A DNA stretch of 64,000 nt, from assembly GCA_964437615.1 (NCBI GenBank), contig CAYTHL010000001.1, positions 11,081 through 75,080 of the forward strand. The letters are read 5' to 3'. The notes beneath the pieces were generated by a model, which was given only the letters and a program-made list of their open reading frames with translations, did no database searches and was not told where the DNA came from. The translations under genes and the position numbers were made by a program. Of this stretch, positions 36,096-46,117 are shown one piece after another (position 1 is the first letter of the stretch; the number at the start of each line of letters is the position of its first letter). Origin of the DNA: an uncultured Lachnospiraceae bacterium. GTDB lineage: Bacteria; Bacillota; Clostridia; Christensenellales; UBA1242.

Positions 36096-37040
36096 ATGGT
36101 ATTTTCCACAAAAGTTAAAGCCGAGATAATAGGGTCTAAAATTGCAGACGGCAACGAACTTAGTATGCTTTGTGGCATAATACTGTCGGCCGGCACAATA
36201 ATAATTAGCAACAAACAAATGACCTTTAACCTTGTTACCGAAAATCCCATGCTGCTAGAATATAGCGCCAAGCTTATTAGGCAGCTTTTTCCGCATAGCG
36301 TTTTAAATTTGCCAAGTTGCGGCAAAAAAAACAAGGCGCGCTACACCCTAGGTTTAGATGCCGAAAGCGCGCAAGAAATTTTGTTAGACTGCGGAATATT
36401 AGAGCGGGATGAATTTGGCAGGCTTGCCATATCTTTGGTGGGCGGCAATCATGTTTTAATAGAGCGCGAGGCAAAAATCGCTTATCTTGCCGGTACATTT
36501 TTGGGCGGCGGCACAATCAGTGTACCACAAACAGGGGTGCCCGGTGGCAGATACCATATGGAATGGAGCTTTGCTAGCAGTAATCAAGCAGATGTAGTTG
36601 CTCAAATTTTGGCAGAAGAAGATATTTTTGCAAAAATCATAGAGAGGCAGGGCAACTATGTGGTCTACATAAAGGGCAGCGAAGATATTTCTAGCGCTGT
36701 AGGTCTTATGGGGGCAACCAACTGCTATCTAAAACTAGAAACTCAAATGGTAGATAGGCAAATGCGTAATCTGGTAAACAGGCAAAGCAACTGTATATCG
36801 GCAAATATAGACAAATCGGTTAGCGCTGGGCTTAAACAGATAGAGCTAATTGACCAAATAGAAACCACTATTGGGTTAGATGCCCTACCAAAAAGTCTGC
36901 AAGAAGCAGCTGCCGTGCGCAAACAGCACCCAGAAGCTAGTTTGCAAGAACTTGCCGAAATTTTGCAGATAAGCAAGTCGGCAGTAAACTTGCGGCTACG
37001 CAAACTTTCTAGCATAGCAAAAGAACTTTCTAGCAATTAA
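36096..37040 (+). CDS. whiA: DNA-binding sporulation/cell-division regulator WhiA
   Basis: N-terminal FSTKVKAEI, degenerate LAGLIDADG-like middle (YLAGTFLGGGTIS), C-terminal HTH (LAEILQISKSAVNLRLRKL). Confidence 0.9.
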   Translation: MVFSTKVKAEIIGSKIADGNELSMLCGIILSAGTIIISNKQMTFNLVTENPMLLEYSAKLIRQLFPHSVLNLPSCGKKNKARYTLGLDAESAQEILLDCGILERDEFGRLAISLVGGNHVLIEREAKIAYLAGTFLGGGTISVPQTGVPGGRYHMEWSFASSNQADVVAQILAEEDIFAKIIERQGNYVVYIKGSEDISSAVGLMGATNCYLKLETQMVDRQMRNLVNRQSNCISANIDKSVSAGLKQIELIDQIETTIGLDALPKSLQEAAAVRKQHPEASLQELAEILQISKSAVNLRLRKLSSIAKELSSN

Positions 37041-37060
37041 AAATTTTTAGCGGAGAACAT

Positions 37061-40000
37061 ATGAAAACACTTTTATTTAGTTACACTCAAAAAAAAGGTT
37101 TTAAGTTTGGTAAAGACGCCCTAGGCAAGTTGGTTACAGTTATTAGAAAAAAGGCGCTATTGCATAAAACCAAAATTAAAATGCATACCGTTATGGACAA
37201 AAATAACTTTGTCCATTTGCACTTGCACACCGAATATAGCCTTTTGGACGGCTGCGCCCGAATAGAAAAGGTTGTAAAAGTTGCAAAACAAATGGGCATG
37301 CCAGCCATTGCCATAACCGACCACGGCAACATGTATGGTGCAATTACATTTTTTGATGCCTGCCGCGGGGTGGGGATAAGACCAATTATTGGCTGCGAAA
37401 TGTATGTGGCAGACGATTTATTAAACAAAAACGGCAAACAAAAGTTAGAGCATTTAATCTTGCTAGCCAAAGACGAGCAAGGCTACTTAAATTTGAGCAA
37501 ACTAAACAGCATTGCCTTTAGGGACGGCTTTTATTACAAGCCAAGGATAGATTACAAAACACTAGCTGAGCATCACGAGGGGCTAATATGTCTGTCTGCA
37601 TGCATTGCTGGCACAGTGCCTCAGCTAATTATAAAAGGTCAAATTGCCGAGGCCGAAAAGCAGGTAGAGTGGTTTAAAAATGTCTTTGGCGAAGATTTTT
37701 ACCTAGAAATTCAGATGCATCGCCCAGATACTCCTACCCAAATAGACGACGAATACCGCACCTACATAGAGCAGCAGACGCTTGTAAACAAATATCTTAG
37801 GCAGTTTAGCAAGCAGTTTGGCGTAAAACTGGTTGCTACCAACGATGTTCACTACATTGGCAAAGACGACGCTGAAATTCAAGATGTGCTAATGTGCATT
37901 AGTATGCAAAAGACGCTAGATGACAACGACAGGCTTAGAATGCATGGCACAGAGTACTATTTTAAAAGCCGCGAAGAGATGTTAAAGGCACTGCCAGATG
38001 ACGAAGAAGCCATTTCTAACACAATAGAAATTGCCGCAAAATGCAATTTTGACTTTACTCTTGCCAAAAGCCAAAACATGGACCAAGGAATATATCACTT
38101 TCCTAACTATCATCCACCTAATGGGCAGAGTTGTGCCGACTATATGCGTGATTTGTTAGAGGCCGGGCTAAAAGAAAGGTACGGCACAATAACTAAGGAA
38201 ATCCGCGACCGCGCCGAAAGCGAGATGCACGTAATAAATACCCTTAATTTTAGCCAATACTTTTTAACCGTCATGGACTATATTAAAGCGGCGCACGACA
38301 TGGGCGTGCCAGTTGGCAAAGGCCGTGGCTCTGGCGCGGGCAGTATTGTGGCATATTGCTTGCACATAACCGACATAGACCCGCTTAAATACGACCTACT
38401 GTTTGAAAGATTTTTGCACATGGAGCGCGTTACCGCCCCCGATTTTGATATAGACTTTTCTGACGACGGCCGCGAAAAAGTTATAGATTACGTAAGAAAA
38501 AAGTACGGCGAAGACAAGGTTGTAAATATTATAACATTTGGTACTCTTGCCGCAAAAATGGCTATTAAAGATGTAGGGCGTGTGCTAAGAGTGCCTTATA
38601 GCGAAACAGATAAGGTTACAAAAATTATCCCTAACGACGCCGACGCCGCAAAGCACCACTGCCTACTAAAAAAGAGTTTTGGGCTAGACGGCAACACCGA
38701 CGGCGCTGTGCCAGAACTGGTAGAAATTTACAAAAACAATCCAGAAATAAAGCGTGTGGTAGACATAGCCACCAAACTAGAAGGTATGCCACGTCAGACG
38801 GGTACCCATGCTTGCGGCGTGCTTATTGGATTTGACACTCTAGAAAACTACATTCCGCTGGGCAGAAATGGCGACATTATAACCACTCAGTACGAGGCGG
38901 CGCAAATAGAGCGCTTAGGTCACCTAAAAATGGACTTTTTGGCGCTTTGTAACTTAAACGATATTAAAACTTGCGGCGAGTTTGTTATGCAAAACTATGG
39001 CAAAACCGAGGACGACCTAGACTTTAACAAACTTGGCTACGAAGACCCAAAAGTTTACGATCTTATTGCGTCTGGCAACACAACGGCAGTCTTCCAACTA
39101 GAAAGTGGTGGCTTTCAAAAGTTTATGAAGGACCTAAAGCCAAACTGTCTAGAAGACATTGTGGCAGGTGTGGCTCTATTTAGGCCAGGCCCAATGGACA
39201 TTATTCCAAGATATGTTCATAATAAACATCACCCAGAAGATGTAACTTACGCCCACCCAATTTTAAAGAATATTTTGGACGTTACCTATGGTTGCATAGT
39301 CTATCAAGAGCAAGTGCAGCGAATTTGTCAAAGCATGGCGGGCTACACCCTTGGTCAAGCCGATATGGTCCGTAGACTTATGAGCAAAAAGAAAGTTGAC
39401 GCCATGAAGGCTGAAAAGCAGATATTTTTGTACGGAAAGCCTGCCGAAAACGGTAAGCCTGCCATAGATGGCGCAATAAAGCGTGGAGTGCCAAAAGAAG
39501 TTGCCGAGCAAGTTTGGGGCGAAATGGAAAATTTTGCAAAATATGCCTTTAATAAATCTCATGCGGCGTGCTATGCCGTGCTTGCTTATCAAACGGCGTA
39601 TTTAAAAACCTATTATAAAGCCGAGTTTTTAACGGCGGTAATAAACAACCGAATTTCAAAAAGCGACGAACTTTCGCACTATGTAAGTTACAGCCGCACC
39701 GAAGGAATAGAAATTTTGCCGCCAGATATAAACATTTCTATGCCGCGCTTTACTATAAAAGACAACAAAATGCGCTTTGGGCTTTGCGCTATAAAAGGTA
39801 TTGGCGAGGGCGTATGTAACGGAATTGTTGCCGAACGAGAAAAAAACGGTCCGTTTAAAAACCTTGGCAACTTTTTGTTAAGAACTACCGATTTGCTTAT
39901 AAACAAGCGCGTTATCGAGGGTATGATATATAGCGGCGCCTTTGACTGCTTTGGTCAAAAACGCAGCCAGTTAATTGCCGTTTACGAAACAGCAATGGCG

Positions 40001-40855
40001 CAGGCACTAAAAGAAAAACAGTCTAAACTAAGTGGCCAGTTTAGTTTGTTTGGTAGTTTGCTCCCAGAAGAAGAAACAATAAAAATTGAGTATCCAAATA
40101 TTCAAGAGTATATGCCAAAAGACAAGCTAAAGCGAGAAAAGGACGCCCTAGGCATATATATTTCTGGTCACCCTATGGAAGAATATATGGATTTGTGCAA
40201 AACCTTTACCTTTACAAGCAACATGATGAACAGCGGCGAATCCGAGCCAGAAGACATGGGCGACAGCGAAGATGTGCAATCAGACGAATATAGCGCCTTT
40301 GCCGAGTACGGGCTAGAAGACGGCAGCAAGGTTTTCTGCGGCGGAATAATAAACAAAGTAAACAAAAAAATTAGCAAAACAACAAACGCCACCATGGCCA
40401 TTTTAGATGTAGAAGACCTTTACGGCATGTACTCAATAATGGTGTTCAACCGTCAGTACGAGAGCATAAAGGATAGGCTTGCCGAAGACAAAATTATTAC
40501 TGTAAACGGGCATCTTTCTATCCGTGTTGGCCAGCAGCCAATAATTATTGCCGAAAAAATTACTTTTGTTGGCGAAGACCAAGTTGTTAAGCCAGCGGTC
40601 AGCCAAAAACAACCAATAATAATTGGCGAAACTGCGCCGGTTAGCAAGCAGACATTATATTTAAGATTTGACATTAATAACGAAAAGATTTTTGCTGTGG
40701 TAGAGGATATTTTGCGCAGTTATGGCGGCATTGTGCCAGTTAAAGTTCAATGGGACGGCAAACTTTACGCTCTTAACGGCAAAATTACAGCTACCGAGGC
40801 ATGCCTTGCCGAACTTACCGCCCTTTTAGGCGAACAAAATATAAAGGTTATGTAA
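37061..40855 (+). CDS. dnaE: DNA polymerase III alpha subunit (DnaE type), possibly with a 44-aa basic N-terminal extension
   Basis: PHP domain FVHLHLHTEYSLLDG, polymerase core (PDFDIDF; GTHACGV), HhH, OB fold. ATG 37061 has GGAG 7 nt upstream. The internal ATGs at 37181 and 37193 have no SD. Confidence 0.92.
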   Translation: MKTLLFSYTQKKGFKFGKDALGKLVTVIRKKALLHKTKIKMHTVMDKNNFVHLHLHTEYSLLDGCARIEKVVKVAKQMGMPAIAITDHGNMYGAITFFDACRGVGIRPIIGCEMYVADDLLNKNGKQKLEHLILLAKDEQGYLNLSKLNSIAFRDGFYYKPRIDYKTLAEHHEGLICLSACIAGTVPQLIIKGQIAEAEKQVEWFKNVFGEDFYLEIQMHRPDTPTQIDDEYRTYIEQQTLVNKYLRQFSKQFGVKLVATNDVHYIGKDDAEIQDVLMCISMQKTLDDNDRLRMHGTEYYFKSREEMLKALPDDEEAISNTIEIAAKCNFDFTLAKSQNMDQGIYHFPNYHPPNGQSCADYMRDLLEAGLKERYGTITKEIRDRAESEMHVINTLNFSQYFLTVMDYIKAAHDMGVPVGKGRGSGAGSIVAYCLHITDIDPLKYDLLFERFLHMERVTAPDFDIDFSDDGREKVIDYVRKKYGEDKVVNIITFGTLAAKMAIKDVGRVLRVPYSETDKVTKIIPNDADAAKHHCLLKKSFGLDGNTDGAVPELVEIYKNNPEIKRVVDIATKLEGMPRQTGTHACGVLIGFDTLENYIPLGRNGDIITTQYEAAQIERLGHLKMDFLALCNLNDIKTCGEFVMQNYGKTEDDLDFNKLGYEDPKVYDLIASGNTTAVFQLESGGFQKFMKDLKPNCLEDIVAGVALFRPGPMDIIPRYVHNKHHPEDVTYAHPILKNILDVTYGCIVYQEQVQRICQSMAGYTLGQADMVRRLMSKKKVDAMKAEKQIFLYGKPAENGKPAIDGAIKRGVPKEVAEQVWGEMENFAKYAFNKSHAACYAVLAYQTAYLKTYYKAEFLTAVINNRISKSDELSHYVSYSRTEGIEILPPDINISMPRFTIKDNKMRFGLCAIKGIGEGVCNGIVAEREKNGPFKNLGNFLLRTTDLLINKRVIEGMIYSGAFDCFGQKRSQLIAVYETAMAQALKEKQSKLSGQFSLFGSLLPEEETIKIEYPNIQEYMPKDKLKREKDALGIYISGHPMEEYMDLCKTFTFTSNMMNSGESEPEDMGDSEDVQSDEYSAFAEYGLEDGSKVFCGGIINKVNKKISKTTNATMAILDVEDLYGMYSIMVFNRQYESIKDRLAEDKIITVNGHLSIRVGQQPIIIAEKITFVGEDQVVKPAVSQKQPIIIGETAPVSKQTLYLRFDINNEKIFAVVEDILRSYGGIVPVKVQWDGKLYALNGKITATEACLAELTALLGEQNIKVM

Positions 40856-40878
40856 AATAAAATATTGTTGCAAATTAA

Positions 40879-40915
40879 AAGCCGACATAAGGGATAATCT
40901 CCAATATGTCGGCTT
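40879..40915. terminator. hairpin between convergent dnaE and a small membrane-protein gene
   Basis: AAGCCGACATA..(15 nt)..TATGTCGGCTT. Weak U-tracts on either strand. Confidence 0.45.
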
Positions 40916-40954
40916 AATTTGTTTATTTAACCAATTTTATGCTGGCTTGAATTT

Positions 40955-41155
40955 TTAAAAATAAGAAAGGATTATTACAATAAGCAAACTTATTGCGGCA
41001 ACAAGTACGCCAACAAGTTTTACCTTGGTGGCTTTTCGGTTGTTTATAACTTCGTCTTTGCCATTGTTTTTAAAAAATAGTGGGGCAATCCAAATAATAA
41101 TAAACCCTATAACGGCTACAACTAAAAATATAATTTTAAAAACAGTTAGTGCCAT
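40955..41155 (-). CDS. small membrane protein (66 aa, two TM segments)
   Basis: Two hydrophobic helices (IIFLVVAVIGFIIIWIAPLFF and LVGVLVAAISLLIVIILSYF). AAGGAGCAAG RBS. Confidence 0.55.
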   Translation of the reverse strand: MALTVFKIIFLVVAVIGFIIIWIAPLFFKNNGKDEVINNRKATKVKLVGVLVAAISLLIVIILSYF

Positions 41156-41255
41156 AAAACTTGCTCCTTTTGGTCATTGTAGCACAAAATTTTGCATAAT
41201 GCAAGCAAAATAAGCCTTGCAATATTTGTATAGATTAGCAAAACCCGCATTTTAC

Positions 41256-41284
41256 TTGCAATTTGTTTGTAGTTATGGTAATAT
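41256..41284 (+). promoter_or_regulatory. sigma-A promoter of valS
   Basis: TTGCAA (41256-41261), 17 nt, extended -10 TGGTAATAT (41276-41284). Confidence 0.6.
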
Positions 41285-41317
41285 CTTATAGAATTTAGGC
41301 AAAACAAGGGGTATACC

Positions 41318-43915
41318 GTGAACAGACAACAATCTTACAACCCAACCGAATGGGAAAATAGCATTTACAAACTTTGGGAAGATAGCGGAGCTTTTCATGC
41401 CGACGAAAACAGCACAAAGCCAAGTTACTCGGTTATAATGCCGCCACCAAATGTCACAGGGCAGGCGCACATGGGGCATGCTATAGACGGCACACTGCAA
41501 GATATTTTGGTGCGCTATAAACGCATGCAAGGCTACAACGTTCTTTGGCAGCCGGGTACCGACCACGCCGCCATTGCCACCGAAGAAAAATTGGTAGAAA
41601 AATTGCGGAGCGAGGGCAAAACCAAGGAAGAAATCGGTAGGGCAGAATTTGATAAACTTGCATGGGAATGGTACAACAAGTTTGGCAACCGCATAGTAAC
41701 TCAGTTTAAACGCTTGGGCTTTTCGGCCGACTGGCAGCGCTACCGATTTACTATGGACAAAACTAGCACCAACGCCGTGCTTACCGCCTTTATAAATTTG
41801 TACAACAAGGGGCTAATTTACAGGGGTAAGCGCCAAACCAACTGGTGCGTGCATTGCAAATCGGTTATTTCAGACGACGAAGTTGAGTACAAGCAAGAAG
41901 ACGGCAGCATGTGGCACATAAAATATCCTTTTGCCGACGGCAGCGGGTATATAACAGTTGCAACAACTAGGCCAGAAACATTGTTTGGCGACACCGCAGT
42001 TGCCGTAAACCCTAACGATAAACGCTATAAAAAGTTGGTTGGTAAGCTATTAAATCTGCCTCTAACAGATAGGCAAATACCTATTATTGCAGACGAGTAT
42101 GTAGACGAGGCATTTGGCACGGGCATGGTAAAAATTACCCCCGCCCACGATCCTAACGACTACGAAGTTGGCAAAAGGCACAACTTAGAAATTATTTCGG
42201 TTATTTCCAAAGAGGGCAAACTTACCGATGTTGCGGGTAGGTTTGCTGGCCTAGGGCTAGAAGAAGGCCGCACCGCCGTTGTTGCCGAGCTAAAAAAGCA
42301 AGGGCTGCTACTAAAAGTTGAGCCACACGCCCATAACGTTGGGCATTGTTACCGGTGTCATACTACAATTGAGCCTATGATAACCGAGCAATGGTTTGTT
42401 GCCATGAAGGATTTGGTTAAGCCTGCAATAAAGGCGGTAAAATCTGGCGAACTGCAAATTCATCCAAAAAGGTTTGAGAAAAATTATTTCCATTGGCTAG
42501 AAAATATTCAAGACTGGTGCATAAGCCGCCAAATCTGGACGGGGCATCAGATACCTATCTACTATTGCAAAAATTGCGGAGAAGTGGTTGCCGATAGGCA
42601 GATGCCAAAATCTTGCCCTAAGTGCGCAAGCACCCACCTTGTGCAAGATCAAGATGTGCTAGATACATGGTTTTCTAGCGCATTGTGGCCATTTTCTACC
42701 CTCGGGTGGCCAGAAAAAACCAAGGAATTGCAAAAATTTTATCCAACAAACTGCCTAGTTACTGGCTACGACATTTTAACACATTGGGTTACCAAAATGA
42801 TTTACATGGGCTACGAGTGTGTGGGTGATACACCATTTAGGCATGTACTGCTGCACGGCTTAATGCGTGACCCTATTGGCCGCAAGATGAGCAAGAGCCT
42901 TGGCAATGGGGTAGACCCGTTAGACGTTGCCGAAAAGTATGGCGCCGACGCCCTAAGAATTTATTTGGTTAAGGATATGGCGCTTGGCATAGACGCTAAA
43001 TACAACGAAACAAAAATTGAGTCGGCCCGCGGGTTTATCAACAAACTTTGGAATGCCAGCAAGTTTATATCTATGCACTCTGCCGAGCAGAAAATACAAG
43101 ATATTGCGGGCGTTAACCTAAGCGCTGCCGACAAATGGATTTTGTCCAAACTTTCGGCGCTTATAAACGTGGTAAATTCTAACTTTGAGGCTCTAGAACT
43201 AGGAGTTGCGTTAACCAATATATACAATTTTGTGTTAGATGACTTTTGCGACTGGTACATAGAGTTATCTAAGCCAGCAATTTTTGCCGACGCAAATCAA
43301 AAGGCGGCGGCACTTGCCGTGCTAAACTATGTGCTTGTGTGCGTGCTTAAACTTTTACATCCATTTGTGCCATATGTAACTGAATATATTTATCAGAATA
43401 GCGCTCAGCTTAATGCCGACGGCAAACTGCTAATATCTCAGCCAGCGGCCGAGGCTTTTGATGCTTCTTTTTGCGAGGACGGCAGCATCGAAACAGAGAA
43501 AGTTATAGAAACAATCAAGGCGCTAAGGGCGCTTAAAGTGGATAACAATATTGCCGCAAACAAAAAACCTGTGGTTAGTTGCACAAAAGCGGCAGAACCT
43601 TATGCAAGCCTAATAAATAAGCTTGCAGTTGTAGAACTAGATAAAAATGCCCAAGGTGACGGTGCTACCGTTATAACTGGGCTTGGCAAATTTACTTTGC
43701 AAGCCGAAAAAGTAGATGCCGTGGCACTTGCTAGCAGCTTAAAATCGCAAATAGAAAAATTGCAGGCCGAAATTGAAAGGTCCAGTGGCATGCTATCTAG
43801 CAGCGGGTTTGTTTCAAAAGCACCAGCCAGCCTAATAGAAAAAGAAAAAATTAAGCTTGCGGATAACACTGCAAAACTTGCCGAACTAGAAGAAAAATTA
43901 AAATTTATTAAGTAA
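41318..43915 (+). CDS. valS: valine--tRNA ligase
   Basis: GTG start with AAGGGG RBS. PPPNVTGQAHMGHA (HIGH), KMSKSLGN, C-terminal coiled coil. Confidence 0.95.
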   Translation: MNRQQSYNPTEWENSIYKLWEDSGAFHADENSTKPSYSVIMPPPNVTGQAHMGHAIDGTLQDILVRYKRMQGYNVLWQPGTDHAAIATEEKLVEKLRSEGKTKEEIGRAEFDKLAWEWYNKFGNRIVTQFKRLGFSADWQRYRFTMDKTSTNAVLTAFINLYNKGLIYRGKRQTNWCVHCKSVISDDEVEYKQEDGSMWHIKYPFADGSGYITVATTRPETLFGDTAVAVNPNDKRYKKLVGKLLNLPLTDRQIPIIADEYVDEAFGTGMVKITPAHDPNDYEVGKRHNLEIISVISKEGKLTDVAGRFAGLGLEEGRTAVVAELKKQGLLLKVEPHAHNVGHCYRCHTTIEPMITEQWFVAMKDLVKPAIKAVKSGELQIHPKRFEKNYFHWLENIQDWCISRQIWTGHQIPIYYCKNCGEVVADRQMPKSCPKCASTHLVQDQDVLDTWFSSALWPFSTLGWPEKTKELQKFYPTNCLVTGYDILTHWVTKMIYMGYECVGDTPFRHVLLHGLMRDPIGRKMSKSLGNGVDPLDVAEKYGADALRIYLVKDMALGIDAKYNETKIESARGFINKLWNASKFISMHSAEQKIQDIAGVNLSAADKWILSKLSALINVVNSNFEALELGVALTNIYNFVLDDFCDWYIELSKPAIFADANQKAAALAVLNYVLVCVLKLLHPFVPYVTEYIYQNSAQLNADGKLLISQPAAEAFDASFCEDGSIETEKVIETIKALRALKVDNNIAANKKPVVSCTKAAEPYASLINKLAVVELDKNAQGDGATVITGLGKFTLQAEKVDAVALASSLKSQIEKLQAEIERSSGMLSSSGFVSKAPASLIEKEKIKLADNTAKLAELEEKLKFIK

Positions 43916-44001
43916 AATAAAGTATTTTTTAATAAATATTTGCGCATATAAACATATATTTTATGTCTTAGCTTTGCAAAAATGCAATAAACAAAGTAAA
44001 A

Positions 44002-44025
44002 ATCTCCCAAGTTGGGAGATTTTTT
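44002..44025 (+). terminator. intrinsic terminator of valS
   Basis: ATCTCCCAA-GT-TTGGGAGAT plus T5. Confidence 0.75.
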
Positions 44026-44080
44026 GGTAGTTTTCTGCAAAAAGTGTGTATTTTTATCAAAAAAATTAGTTTATTTTGTA

Positions 44081-44551
44081 TTATTCGCAGTTCATTCCGC
44101 CAGTAAATTCGTCGTCCGAAGTAAAGGATGTTTCGTCTACATAAGTAGATTTTTTATTATTATATTTTTTAGCACTTGTGCTATAACGATTTGCGCAAAA
44201 TTCGTCTATTGCTTGTTTAGCCTTAGTATCTTCTGGGGCAACTTCTACCGTTTTGTTTTGTTTACGGCGTTCAACTTCTTTTTGGTAAGTATCATTTCGT
44301 TTGCAGGCCACAATAGAATTTATTGCTGTGGCCAAAGTAGTGGCAACAAATAAACTAGTAATGCTATACATGGCAATTAGTGCAGCGCCACCGCTAGAAA
44401 GCGCAACAATGCCAAGTGCAACAACGCTCAAAAACAAACATATGTCAGAAACAAAATGCCCTTTAATAGCATAATTTTTAGCGTAGAATAATTTTTCGTG
44501 TTTTTGCTTCAACTCGTCATCAGACAAATTTTTTAAGTTTTGTTTTTTCAT
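44081..44551 (-). CDS. hypothetical membrane protein (156 aa)
   Basis: Two central TM helices (ICLFLSVVALGIVAL and LIAMYSITSLFVATTLATAI) flanked by Lys-rich segments. Confidence 0.55.
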   Translation of the reverse strand: MKKQNLKNLSDDELKQKHEKLFYAKNYAIKGHFVSDICLFLSVVALGIVALSSGGAALIAMYSITSLFVATTLATAINSIVACKRNDTYQKEVERRKQNKTVEVAPEDTKAKQAIDEFCANRYSTSAKKYNNKKSTYVDETSFTSDDEFTGGMNCE

Positions 44552-44654
44552 AGGTTTTTACCTCTGTTAAAATACTACACCCAAAATTAAACAATGTCAA
44601 TATCAAATGTTAAAATTTGTTTACAATCCAGCCAACTTATGCTAAAATTTTTGT

Positions 44655-45107
44655 GTGGATAATAAATTTATGCTGCTTGCCTTATCCGAGGCTTGCAGGG
44701 CTTACAATGCCGACGAAGTGCCAATTGGTGCCGTGATTGTAAAGGGCAATAAAGTGCTTGCAAAGGCATATAACAAGCGTCAGCACGGCAAAGACGCCAC
44801 TGCCCATGCTGAAATTTTGGCTATAAAAAAGGCCTGCCGCAAAATTAAGGATTTTAGGCTTATTGGGTGCGATATTTATGTAACAATGGAGCCTTGTGCA
44901 ATGTGTATGGGCGCAATTTTAAACGCCAGATTAAATAACTTGTATTTTGGGGCTGCGGCAAATAAATCTGACGTCCTTTCTTGCACCGAAATTAATGAGC
45001 GCGCTGGGCTAAACCACAAAACCAATATTGTGGGCGGAGTGCTAGAAGAAGAGTGCCGCAACCTAGTTTTGCAATATTTTGCCAAAAAGCGGACAAAAAA
45101 CTGCTAA
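44655..45107 (+). CDS. tadA: tRNA adenosine(34) deaminase
   Basis: EVPIGAVIV, HAEILAI, PCAMCMGA (CDA zinc motifs). 150 aa. Confidence 0.9.
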   Translation: MDNKFMLLALSEACRAYNADEVPIGAVIVKGNKVLAKAYNKRQHGKDATAHAEILAIKKACRKIKDFRLIGCDIYVTMEPCAMCMGAILNARLNNLYFGAAANKSDVLSCTEINERAGLNHKTNIVGGVLEEECRNLVLQYFAKKRTKNC

Positions 45108-45207
45108 AATAAAAATAATCAATAAAAAAATAAATTTTGCCCAAAAAGTTGCGAAATTGTTTTTGTGCGTGCTATACTTAAAATATTAATATATTTAGGG
45201 GGCAGTT

Positions 45208-45951
45208 ATGAGCCAAAATAACAACAGAAATTTTGATGATAAGTTTGCCGAGGCATGGTACAACCTTGGCGGCGATTTTAGTTATATGTTTAGCAAACAA
45301 CTAATTAAATATTTAAGTGCAAACAACATTAAACCAGCAAATGTGCTAGATATTTACTGCGGCGCTGGCAACTTTTTGGCAGAGATGCAAAAGCAGGGCA
45401 TAAAGTGCGTTGGCACCGAGGGCAGCAAGGCTTTTGTAGACTTTAACAACAAAAACTATAAGGACATGGAGTTTATCTATTCTCCAAATATGTTAGAGTT
45501 TGGCACCAAGCAAAAGTTTGACCTAATTACCTGCATATACGACCTTGTAAACTACCTAGAAAAATTTAGTGAGTGGCAAGACTTCTTTAAAAATGTTTAC
45601 AAACAACTAAACAAGGGCGGCATGTTTGTCTTCGACTACAACACCACCCGCCGTCTTGCAGACTGGAACACCACAATCTACGAGAGCAATAGTCAAATGG
45701 ACTACGTTCAAACGGTAAAATCTGGTGTGCAGGGCAAAACAATAATAAATTATGTGTACTATATTAAGGATAAAGAGGACTTGTACTATAAAACCAGCAG
45801 TCTAAGAACCGAAACCACTTTTGAAACCGAGCGTGTTTTAGAAGCCCTTAAAAAAGCTGGCTTTAAAGATGTAAAGCTTTGCGACTTTTCTTTAAACCCG
45901 GTGTCTAACCCAGAGAGCAAAAATAAAATTCACGTAATTGCAACAAAATAA
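45208..45951 (+). CDS. class I SAM-dependent methyltransferase
   Basis: Motif I VLDIYCGAGNF, then FDLITCIYD and GGMFVFD. Confidence 0.8.
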   Translation: MSQNNNRNFDDKFAEAWYNLGGDFSYMFSKQLIKYLSANNIKPANVLDIYCGAGNFLAEMQKQGIKCVGTEGSKAFVDFNNKNYKDMEFIYSPNMLEFGTKQKFDLITCIYDLVNYLEKFSEWQDFFKNVYKQLNKGGMFVFDYNTTRRLADWNTTIYESNSQMDYVQTVKSGVQGKTIINYVYYIKDKEDLYYKTSSLRTETTFETERVLEALKKAGFKDVKLCDFSLNPVSNPESKNKIHVIATK

Positions 45952-45999
45952 AAAACATTTATCGCTCGGCTTATTTTAGATGCAATACAAAATATTAAA

Positions 46000-46027
46000 A
46001 GATAGAAGACATCCTTCTATCTTTTTT
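46000..46027 (+). terminator. intrinsic terminator of the methyltransferase gene
   Basis: AGATAGAAG-ACATC-CTTCTATCT plus T6. Confidence 0.7.
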
Positions 46028-46034
46028 GGGTTAC

Positions 46035-46059
46035 AAAAAACCCCCAAACAATTTGGGGG
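46035..46059 (-). terminator. intrinsic terminator of the DegV gene
   Basis: CCCCCAAA-CAA-TTTGGGGG, followed on the minus strand by T6. Confidence 0.7.
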
Positions 46060-46117
46060 CTAAGTTAGTGCCTTATAAATATTATAGTAATTAAAGCGTT
46101 TTAACTGTAGCTATTGT

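Noticed and set aside
41160-41317. Possible T-box leader upstream of valS, by analogy with aspS.
   Set aside because: Only ~35 nt separate the promoter (-10 at 41279-41284) from the GTG start. There is no T-box sequence, Stem I motifs or terminator.
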